The notes under the pieces were generated by a model that was given only the letters and a program-made list of their open reading frames with translations, was not told where the DNA came from and did not search any database. A program made the position numbers and the translations under genes. From a virus (Duplodnaviria > Heunggongvirae > Uroviricota > Caudoviricetes), in the IMG/VR virus record IMGVR_UViG_3300029537_000168: a stretch of 64,000 bases of DNA; one strand, 5' to 3'. Of this stretch, positions 56,830 through 64,000 are shown piece by piece. The stretch's first letter is position 1; each line of letters starts with the position of its first letter.

Positions 56830-57449
56830 ATCTTTCCTTTCTTCTTGAGGTTGTTATATGCCATTTTAAGCTGTTCGCTTGTCATGTCATCAGCACTTCC
56901 TACATTGAAATAAGACAGTATGTTCTGCGCAAACTGATTGTCGGTCATCATGTAATCAACGACAATATTTTTCACTTCATCTACTGTAGCAGGGGTTTGC
57001 ACTTTGGATTTGTTTTCATCAGGGTCTTCACCTGTAGCAATCTTATAGGCATTAAGTAAAGCGTATTTTCTGGCATAAGTAGAAGCCTTTCCAAATCCCT
57101 TGTCGCCTGGGTCAAGTCCACGCCCAAAACTTTCCACGTCTATGTATTCTGATGTGTTGTCCAGATTGATAATGCGTAGGGTCATTTTTATGATGTCCAT
57201 ATAGTTGATGGATTCCCCTCCACCTTCTTTGACAACTCTAATTATTTCCGATTTAACAAGTTCCTGCTTAATGGGAATACTGACAAGGCCATGCTTGGAC
57301 TCGGCTTCTTTCACTTCCAAGGTGACATCAATGTCCTGTACTGCCTTGTAGGCATAATTACCTTTGCCTACGGTCAGGTTCTTTTCGATATTTTTTATCT
57401 CATTTGAGACAAGCTGTATCTTCTGATATAGATTTGGCTTTTCTTCCAT
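56826..57449 (-). CDS. ERF-family single-strand annealing recombinase
   Basis: N-terminus LYQKIQLVSNEIKNIEKNLTVGKGNYAYKAVQDIDV follows the ERF pattern. Confidence 0.5.
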   Translation of the reverse strand: MEEKPNLYQKIQLVSNEIKNIEKNLTVGKGNYAYKAVQDIDVTLEVKEAESKHGLVSIPIKQELVKSEIIRVVKEGGGESINYMDIIKMTLRIINLDNTSEYIDVESFGRGLDPGDKGFGKASTYARKYALLNAYKIATGEDPDENKSKVQTPATVDEVKNIVVDYMMTDNQFAQNILSYFNVGSADDMTSEQLKMAYNNLKKKGKI

Positions 57450-57674
57450 AATAATTGGTTTTAATACATCAATTTTGCATGTTTTATCACGTCCCAGGCA
57501 TTACAAGCCCATCTGCTGTGTGGCACGCCTTCTTTGGTCTTGTATCTTATCCTTCCGGATTCGCACAATTCTTTCAGCCTTTTGAGACCGCCTACTATCG
57601 AAGCTGCTTCGTATTTCCCGAAAGACTTGTTGTTTAAGACTATTTTCAATACATCTTCGTTTATCATAAGCATT

Positions 57675-57917
57675 TTATTTTAAGCAGATAATTGCCGAGA
57701 AACCCGGATACTCTGTTGCTGATACCCGATATTTCACGTCCATTTTGTTTTTAAGTGTCCCGATCAAGCGAAGGTCACGATTGCGGCGTGATGCTTCCAG
57801 CTTGATTCCGTTGTGCCGTTTCTTGTCATAGGGAACCTTGTAAATGTCCCCTTTCTTCATTTCGTCAAAAAGACGTACTGTTTGGTAGTTTTCGTCTACT
57901 GTAATTTCTCTAACCAT
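57675..57917 (-). CDS. Hypothetical protein
   Basis: 80-aa ORF. Confidence 0.4.
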   Translation of the reverse strand: MVREITVDENYQTVRLFDEMKKGDIYKVPYDKKRHNGIKLEASRRNRDLRLIGTLKNKMDVKYRVSATEYPGFSAIICLK

Positions 57918-57939
57918 AGTTTAAGTATTTGATTGTTTG

Positions 57940-58015
57940 CTGGCAGAACGGGACTCGAACCCGTGACTTCCATGCTAACCCTTACATGGTGTTCTACCGC
58001 CTGAACTATCTGCCA
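57940..58015 (-). tRNA. tRNA-like gene with canonical acceptor, D and T arms but an enlarged anticodon loop (8-10 nt)
   Basis: Acceptor tggcaga/tctgcca is a 7-bp stem, D-arm is gttc-aggcggta-gaac, T-arm is acggg-ttcgagt-cccgt. The anticodon region is ccatg-taagggttag-catgg, which can also be drawn as a 6-bp stem with an 8-nt loop. Confidence 0.5.
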
Positions 58016-58070
58016 ATGAAAATGCCGGACTTTCATAGCCCGGCATCTACCCATTTTCAAACCATAAAAA

Positions 58071-58259
58071 CTAATCTACTAAGCCAGCTAATGACTTAAC
58101 CATGTTCTTGAAGTTGTCAAACTTCGATTCAATCTTTTTCTCTTCTTCCATGTAATACAGCATTGATTTTTTGTATTCTTCGGATTCTCGTTGCAGATTC
58201 TGTGTGTATGCCACGAGTTCATCATGCGTCATACCTTGTAATTCCTCATTTGTTTTCAT
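58071..58259 (-). CDS. Hypothetical small protein
   Basis: 62-aa ORF. Confidence 0.35.
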   Translation of the reverse strand: MKTNEELQGMTHDELVAYTQNLQRESEEYKKSMLYYMEEEKKIESKFDNFKNMVKSLAGLVD

Positions 58260-58919
58260 GTCTATTCTTTTTAATGTTTTTTATTTCCGTTTCTATCTCC
58301 TTATCAAATAGCTCCCGTCTGTCCAGTTCCCGTGAGCGTGCCGTCAGAATGGCACTGATGTCCGCAAATTCATCACAGATGCTTTTTATTGTTTCTTGCA
58401 GCTCGTTCATTGTCCAGTCTGTTTGCGATTGAAAAACCAGTGATTATAAACCCGACAAATCCTATCCAGTACATAGCAGACAGGTCTTGATTGAAGTGCA
58501 TTACCAGAACGGACAATGCACAGAGAAAAAGTAGTATTTTCATAACCGTGTGTATTAAATATCGTTCCCGTGGGCGTTCCGGTGGTTGCCTTACTGCTTA
58601 TCAAAGGTCTGGTAAGCCACGGGTATATATAGTTCATGCTGGTGTCTAATCAGTGAAGATTGTCTTTGTAGCCGACCTACGGCCACCTGCAATCGTATAA
58701 GTGTCTTTTTGTTATCTGTGTGATTCGTATGCTGCGTTTGCTTAGTGCAGCCCTTTACTCATACTCTTTTCACACAGCCGTTATCGCTACTCAGTCGTCC
58801 GTTTCACGTCAGGCTTAACGGTAAGCCTAAATTTCCATCATGTCAAAGAACCAATCAAGTAGAACCCTGCCCGATTCTCGCTATCGGTTGCCGTTCAGTC
58901 CGTCAGCAGGGTAGGTGAG

Positions 58920-59174
58920 TTACCAGCGTGTAACTGCCATGCCTTGTGATAACTGAAGGTTAATGTAGTCCATGCCATCATCTTCAGGCAGGTTGTATTC
59001 TTCAAGAAGGGCTTCGTATTTGTCCACCTCTTCAGTAAGTACTTTGATGTATTCTTGCTTGCTGTCAGCATTGAAAGCCCTGCATAAAGTCTCTTCATCT
59101 GCGTTGTAGGCGAAGTTCAGGTCTTTGTACAGCCCGTCAAGTTCTTCTTCGATTTCGTGGCGTGTCATAGTCAT
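58920..59174 (-). CDS. Hypothetical acidic protein
   Basis: 84-aa ORF, translationally coupled to paralog B. Confidence 0.4.
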   Translation of the reverse strand: MTMTRHEIEEELDGLYKDLNFAYNADEETLCRAFNADSKQEYIKVLTEEVDKYEALLEEYNLPEDDGMDYINLQLSQGMAVTRW

Positions 59175-59494
59175 GCGGCGATGTTTAAAAGGTTAGCTTT
59201 CTTGAAGCATCTGTATTCTTGTCTCTCAGTATCGAAGTACACCTGAACAGTGTCATTCTTCTTTCTGCTTTCACCAGATGTGGCTGGTATCAGATTTTCT
59301 TTCAGCGTGCCGTAGGCTTCACGAACAGAACCATCTACCTTTTTGAAGTAGAACTTTACGATTCTTTGCTTCATGGCAGCTTTCAGCTTCATGTTTGCCC
59401 AAGCGCATTTCATCGCTTCACTCATAGAGAAACCGTTTCTCTTTACCAACTGCCATGCAAGACTCATAATCTCGTGTAATAAATTCTTTTTCAT
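59171..59494 (-). CDS. Conserved small basic protein, paralog B
   Basis: About 60 % identical to 36635..36961. The 15-nt motif ataatcgtgtgaggg abuts its start codon. Confidence 0.55.
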   Translation of the reverse strand: MKKNLLHEIMSLAWQLVKRNGFSMSEAMKCAWANMKLKAAMKQRIVKFYFKKVDGSVREAYGTLKENLIPATSGESRKKNDTVQVYFDTERQEYRCFKKANLLNIAA

Positions 59495-59558
59495 AATCGT
59501 GTGAGGGTTAGTTGTTTTTTACTATATTTGTTTCGTATCTAAGTTTCGATATGCAAAT

Positions 59559-59610
59559 GTACTTTATAATTCTAAAGTATCAAATAAATAGCTTTAGAAT
59601 TATAAAGTAC
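59559..59610. promoter_or_regulatory. Operator-like 19-bp inverted repeat (gtactttataattctaaag ... ctttagaattataaagtac)
   Basis: Perfect inverted repeat separated by 14 bp, in a divergent promoter region. The 26-bp left arm is repeated at 60601..60626, immediately upstream of the repressor gene. Confidence 0.6.
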
Positions 59611-59651
59611 ATAACATTATTTAACTATCAGGTTTCTTAATACATTATTAT

Positions 59652-60191
59652 ATGAAGAAAGATAATTGGGCGTTAGGATTAGGTATAGCCTCAATAGTGA
59701 CAAGTTTTATATCTATAATGCTATGGCTATGTAAATATGAACCTATAACATGGACTTTGCTGGATACTATAATGACCATGCTTTCTTTAATAGTGGCGAT
59801 TATCTCCGTCCTTTTTGCATTTAATATGTTTGGCCTGAGAAAGGAGCTTAAAAATGAGATAGATGAAAAATTGAAGGAGATAAGCGACAATCATGTAATT
59901 CATACTGCTAAAACCATGATGTACATGGAAATGCGTTTGTTGCATTTAGCAACCGAATTGAGTAAAATTGACGATATAAGACAGTCTATTTACATGATGC
60001 TTGATACAACAGAAAAAACTAAAAATAAGAAAGATGTGGATTATATTATTAACCAGTTAAGAGAGCTTGAAAAACGTTATGGAGACAGATTGTTCGATGA
60101 TACATTCAAAGGGAAACTAAGGATTAGACTGGAGAAAGTTACCTCTTTCTCTGACAGTGCTCTTCTCTTCCTTCAAAATTTCAAGGTATGA
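59652..60191 (+). CDS. Membrane protein (2 TM helices plus coiled-coil cytoplasmic domain); possible exclusion/immunity function
   Basis: 179 aa, AT-rich, lying between the two operator copies next to the repressor. Confidence 0.45.
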   Translation: MKKDNWALGLGIASIVTSFISIMLWLCKYEPITWTLLDTIMTMLSLIVAIISVLFAFNMFGLRKELKNEIDEKLKEISDNHVIHTAKTMMYMEMRLLHLATELSKIDDIRQSIYMMLDTTEKTKNKKDVDYIINQLRELEKRYGDRLFDDTFKGKLRIRLEKVTSFSDSALLFLQNFKV

Positions 60192-60518
60192 TTCTTTTGC
60201 GTGGTCGATGATTTTATCCGACTCTTCAAAAGGATTCCTAGGTCCTTGAGGTTCTTGATGATGCATAGGTTTGATACACAAAATCTTTAAATCATCATAA
60301 GACGACATAGAAGTCTTAGAGTCTTTAGAATCATTAGTACTCTTTGAATCCTTAGAAAACATAGAATACTTATCCATGCCAAGCAATGGGAGTAATACTT
60401 TTGTCCAAACAAGTATCACAGTCACGCATATAAGTATAAACAAGAGTAATAGCAGAACTTTAAACATAAAAGAACAATAACCATAGTAAAAACACCCACA
60501 ATAGGTACGAGCTATCAT
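60117..60518 (-). CDS. Hypothetical small membrane protein
   Basis: 133 aa with a hydrophobic N-terminus, convergent with the previous gene. Confidence 0.3.
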   Translation of the reverse strand: MIARTYCGCFYYGYCSFMFKVLLLLLFILICVTVILVWTKVLLPLLGMDKYSMFSKDSKSTNDSKDSKTSMSSYDDLKILCIKPMHHQEPQGPRNPFEESDKIIDHAKESYLEILKEEKSTVRERGNFLQSNP

Positions 60519-60600
60519 GGGTGTATATATTAAACCTCCTCGGAGGAATGTTTAACCAACTTGTTCCTTTAACACCTCGTACTTGTTACGGTACAAAGAT

Positions 60601-60626
60601 ACTTTATAATTCTAAAGTATCAAATA
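60601..60626. promoter_or_regulatory. Second operator copy (actttataattctaaagtatcaaata)
   Basis: Identical 26-mer to 59561..59586, located 15 nt upstream of the repressor start codon. Confidence 0.6.
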
Positions 60627-60640
60627 CAAGCTTTAAAATT

Positions 60641-61354
60641 ATGGGAATTATTGAAAGATTTTTTGAAAGTATTGAAAAAGCAGGAATTTCTTCTTACGAA
60701 ATTGAAAAGAAATACGGAGTTAAATCTGCTCAATCTAAACTTTCACAATTAAAGGAAGGAAAGACTAAAAGTGGAAAAGAAAAAACTCTCCCATCTGATT
60801 TATTATCTGCTGTATGTTCTGCAAGAGAAGATATTAATCCAGATTATATTTTAACTGGTCGCGGAACTCCATTGCGTCAGCAACCTGAAGTTACTCAAAT
60901 ATTTCACCCAAAGAGCATAGAAAAAGCTGAAGAAGATGGATTGATAACCCTTTATGATGTTGAAGCTGCTGCAAACTTGAAATCCCTCTTCGATAACAAA
61001 GACCAGAATATCCTTGGACAAATCAATATTCCAAATATCCCTAAATGCGATGGAGCTGTTTATGTCAAAGGGGATTCCATGTATCCATTACTTAAATCTG
61101 GTGACATCGTAGCATATAAGGAGGTACCTTTAGAAATGAGTCATATTTTCTTTGGAGAAATGTACCTTGTGTCAATAGATCTGGATGGAGATGAATACTT
61201 AACTGTAAAATACGTCCAGCATTCAGAAAAAGGTGAAGACTGGATAAAACTGGTAAGTTACAATCAAAACCACCAACCCAAAGATTTTCCATTATCTTCT
61301 GTGAGAGCTATGGCTTTGGTAAAATTGAGTATTAGAATGAACACAATGAAATAA
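60641..61354 (+). CDS. CI/LexA-like repressor (HTH plus S24 peptidase domain)
   Basis: The C-terminal domain contains VYVKGDSMYPLLKSGDIVAYKEV (Ser-Lys dyad context). The N-terminus is HTH-like. The probable start is MGIIERFF. Confidence 0.75.
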   Translation: MGIIERFFESIEKAGISSYEIEKKYGVKSAQSKLSQLKEGKTKSGKEKTLPSDLLSAVCSAREDINPDYILTGRGTPLRQQPEVTQIFHPKSIEKAEEDGLITLYDVEAAANLKSLFDNKDQNILGQINIPNIPKCDGAVYVKGDSMYPLLKSGDIVAYKEVPLEMSHIFFGEMYLVSIDLDGDEYLTVKYVQHSEKGEDWIKLVSYNQNHQPKDFPLSSVRAMALVKLSIRMNTMK

Positions 61355-61355
61355 T

Positions 61356-62603
61356 ATGGGACTTTATTTTAGGAAAAGGGTGAAGATTCTTCCTGGAGTG
61401 CATTTAAACATAAGCAAAACAGGGACAAGTTGGTCTGTTGGTCCGCGTGGAGCTTCAGTGAATGTGGGTAAGAGAGGAGTTTATGTGAATACCGGGATAC
61501 CAGGAACTGGTATATATTCTCGGACTAAAATATCGGGAGGTAGTAGTAACTATGATAGAGATAAACATTATTCTTCTAAGCGTGAACAAGAAAATGAAGC
61601 AATTAATAGCAATCCGTTGAGGTTTATTTTGACATTTCTGTTTTTACTGGCTTCAGTAATGATTCCGTTACTTACAAGTGCTTCATGGATTTGGTTTCCT
61701 ATACTCGCCTTAATTGGAATTTGTTGTGCTTTTATTCCTGATAGTAAAACGGAAGCTAATAATTTAAACTATAATGCTGATAAAGTAGAACCTATCCATA
61801 TAATCCCGGATAAAGTTATAAACATATCAGAAGAGAAATACGTATCTGAAAATACTTCTACTCTAAAAGAAAATGAGTCTCATAGAGAAGAAAATATTTT
61901 AAAGGATTCCGTGATACATAAATTAGATCCATTATTTGAAGAATCGGCTCGTTTGGTCGTGAATCAGCAGCAAGGAAGTACTTCTCTTCTTCAGCGTAAA
62001 CTTATAATAGGATATAATAGGGCAAGAAGGATAATGGGATTACTTGAGAAAGCTGGGATTGTTGGACCAGCAAATGGAGCAAACCTTCATGACGTGCTTT
62101 GTAAGGATGAAGTTGAGTTGGCTGAGAGGTTAGAAAACCTGAGTGATGACATGTTCCAAGAAACAACAAAAGATACTAATATAGAGGATAATTTTGATAA
62201 GAGTTCTCGGCTTGTTAATATTGGAATTGATTTAGAAAAAGAAGGAATGATTGATGAAGCTATTAATGTGTATGAGAAATCAATCATTTACAGATTACCG
62301 CTTAAGCACCCATACGAGAGACTTGCTATCCTTTACAGAAAAAGAAAAGATTATGAGAATGAAATCCGAGTTATAAAAATTGCAATAGAAGTCTTCATGA
62401 AAGAAAATGAGAGAAGAGCCAATATGGTAATTGATGAGGATAATTCTATGTATAATCAAGTAATGCAAGCATTAGAGACCAACGAAAGTATTAAGTATGA
62501 AGATGGGAAATGGGCTTTCGTTCAATATGATGTCATGAGTTATATAACAAGACTAGAAAAGGCACAAACTTTACTTGATAAATCAAAAAACAAAAAGGAA
62601 TGA
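61356..62603 (+). CDS. DUF4236 + FtsK-gamma-like winged-helix + TPR-like protein
   Basis: N-terminus GLYFRKRVKILPGVHLNISKTGTSWSVGPRG (DUF4236-like), then STSLLQRKLIIGYNRARRIMGLLEKAGIVGP (FtsK gamma-like), with two TM helices between them. Confidence 0.5.
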   Translation: MGLYFRKRVKILPGVHLNISKTGTSWSVGPRGASVNVGKRGVYVNTGIPGTGIYSRTKISGGSSNYDRDKHYSSKREQENEAINSNPLRFILTFLFLLASVMIPLLTSASWIWFPILALIGICCAFIPDSKTEANNLNYNADKVEPIHIIPDKVINISEEKYVSENTSTLKENESHREENILKDSVIHKLDPLFEESARLVVNQQQGSTSLLQRKLIIGYNRARRIMGLLEKAGIVGPANGANLHDVLCKDEVELAERLENLSDDMFQETTKDTNIEDNFDKSSRLVNIGIDLEKEGMIDEAINVYEKSIIYRLPLKHPYERLAILYRKRKDYENEIRVIKIAIEVFMKENERRANMVIDEDNSMYNQVMQALETNESIKYEDGKWAFVQYDVMSYITRLEKAQTLLDKSKNKKE

Positions 62604-63052
62604 GAAGAGTATTGACTTTGTTGATGGGATTGTTCTTTTTCTGCACATTTCATGCACAAGAAGTAGTAAGATATGTAACGGCAAACCTAAATTTAAGAGA
62701 TTCTCCTGATGTAACATCTTCTATTATTACTCAGATTCCTAGAGGTACTGCAGTTCTAATTGATGAGGATTGTGATTGCAAATGGATTCCTGTTAGTTAT
62801 AATGGGTATATTGGATATGTTTCAACGAAGTATCTTTCAAAAGAAAAAGTTTATTATTCTTCTGAAAATCATTCATCAGGACAAATAAGATATTATACTA
62901 ATTCTAGAGGTGAGAGAGTTCAGTCTCCTACATATTATTCTTCTGCACCTCCTGGGGCAACTGCTTTATGCAGAGATGGAACATATAGTTTTAGTAAAAG
63001 CCGTAGAGGAACTTGCTCTCATCATGGTGGTGTTGCAAAATGGTTAAAATAG
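62600..63052 (+). CDS. Secreted SH3b + DUF3761 protein
   Basis: Signal peptide, SH3_3-like VTANLNLRDSPDVTSSIITQIPRGTAVLIDE, and DUF3761-like C-terminus CRDGTYSFSKSRRGTCSHHGGVAKW. Confidence 0.5.
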   Translation: MRRVLTLLMGLFFFCTFHAQEVVRYVTANLNLRDSPDVTSSIITQIPRGTAVLIDEDCDCKWIPVSYNGYIGYVSTKYLSKEKVYYSSENHSSGQIRYYTNSRGERVQSPTYYSSAPPGATALCRDGTYSFSKSRRGTCSHHGGVAKWLK

Positions 63053-63058
63053 AGATTT

Positions 63059-64000
63059 ATGATAGTAACAACAACAAATAGTATAGAAGGATATACAATA
63101 AGAAAATATCTTGGGGTAGTCAATGCGAATGTTGTAATAGGTACAAATCTGTTTTCCGATATTGCAGCCTCTTTGACAGATGTATTTGGCGGACGTTCTG
63201 GAAGCTACAAGAGTAAATTGACTACAATTTACGATGAAGTAATGAAGGAACTGACTGGAAAGGCTGAAAGTTATCATGCAGATGCAATCGTCGGTTTACA
63301 TGTGGATTTTGACGAAGTTTCTGGCGGTGGCAAATCCATGTTTATGGTTTCCGCATCTGGGACTGCTATTACATTGGAGAAAACTACTCAAGACAGATAC
63401 TTTCTGTATGACTTACTTGAAAAAATTTACGACTATAAAGAGAAAGGAATATTGACGGAGGAAGAGTTTGATTACGAAAAGAATCGAATTTTGAATCAAC
63501 ACAGAAATCCTATCTCGGAAGAGTATAAAGGCATTTGCCAAGAGCAGAAGGAAAAGGAGAGGGAAGAGCTTTTGCGTGAGGAAAGAATAAACGAAGCTAA
63601 GGAGCTTTTAAAGAATCGTACTGGGTGCTCGATTGATGATATAGAAAAAATTGATGAATATCAGCTACAGGCTGTGTCCTATGATGATATTGATTTTGAC
63701 CCCAATGATTCCATGCAGTATATAATCTCCAAGTTCATAAGATTAAACCGCGTTCCTGAAGCGTGTAAATTCTATATGGAAGAAACGGGCCTTGAGGATT
63801 TACAGTCTGCAATAGATTTTTGTCTCAATGTATATAAACAAATGTCCTCCGTTGATGAGGAGAAAGTTGCGGCTCTTATTTCCAAACTCAAGGTGTTAAA
63901 GAAGCGTGGATTTATAGAACAAGCAGTATCAGAATATCAAAAGATGACAATATCGGATAAGCAAACATCTGAAGCATTCATACTTTCTTTAGAGATTTGA
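63059..64000 (+). CDS. YbjQ/UPF0145-family + SHOCT domain protein (runs off the window end)
   Basis: YbjQ-like N-terminus MIVTTTNSIEGYTIRKYLGVV...VFGGRSGSY, and SHOCT-like KEKGILTEEEFDYEKNRIL. Confidence 0.5.
   Translation: MIVTTTNSIEGYTIRKYLGVVNANVVIGTNLFSDIAASLTDVFGGRSGSYKSKLTTIYDEVMKELTGKAESYHADAIVGLHVDFDEVSGGGKSMFMVSASGTAITLEKTTQDRYFLYDLLEKIYDYKEKGILTEEEFDYEKNRILNQHRNPISEEYKGICQEQKEKEREELLREERINEAKELLKNRTGCSIDDIEKIDEYQLQAVSYDDIDFDPNDSMQYIISKFIRLNRVPEACKFYMEETGLEDLQSAIDFCLNVYKQMSSVDEEKVAALISKLKVLKKRGFIEQAVSEYQKMTISDKQTSEAFILSLEI

Noticed and set aside
57940-58015. Canonical functional tRNA with assignable anticodon
   Set aside because: The anticodon loop is 8-10 nt with no U33 in either fold. 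The anticodon cannot be assigned by eye, so it was reported only as tRNA-like.

Overview
The window is a Bacteroidales-type (about 40-45 % GC) temperate siphovirus-like phage or prophage, almost entirely coding and mostly on the minus strand. Reading with decreasing coordinate, the order is as follows. A CI-like S24 repressor with operator repeats sits at 59.5-61.4 kb. An early/replication module runs from 36 to 59 kb (ERF, exonuclease, SSB-like, HNH, helicase, DnaC, C5-methyltransferase, NinG, KilA-N, Bro/KilAC antirepressor). The packaging, head and tail module runs from 12.6 to 34 kb (ParB + PAPS-reductase pair, TerS/TerL, portal, scaffold, decoration, MCP, connectors, MTP, frameshifted chaperone, TMP, Dit, Tal). 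A tyrosine integrase on the opposite strand follows at 11.2-12.3 kb. A lysis cassette (holin, amidase, lipoprotein) occupies 7.9-10.7 kb. A complete diversity-generating retroelement sits at the left edge, with target tail-fibre gene and VR, hairpin, Avd-like ORF, TR and RT at 0.1-3.4 kb. TR/VR differ at 10 positions, every one of them an adenine on the coding strand. The most notable accessory content is the following. Two independent HicA/HicB toxin-antitoxin pairs are inserted inside the morphogenesis operon. A class-III (NmFic-like) Fic AMPylase operon is present. An AT-rich KAP-like P-loop NTPase moron is a candidate defence gene. A noncanonical tRNA-like gene and several tRNA 3'-fragment-like elements occur, one of which looks like a terminated small RNA. 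A 15-nt motif ATAATCGTGTGRGGG recurs four times. Paralogous 107-aa proteins bracket the early region. Plus-strand genes at the right edge (DUF4236/FtsK-gamma, SH3b/DUF3761, YbjQ-SHOCT) may be host flank or morons. All calls come from reading the sequence and ORF translations, and no database search was possible.
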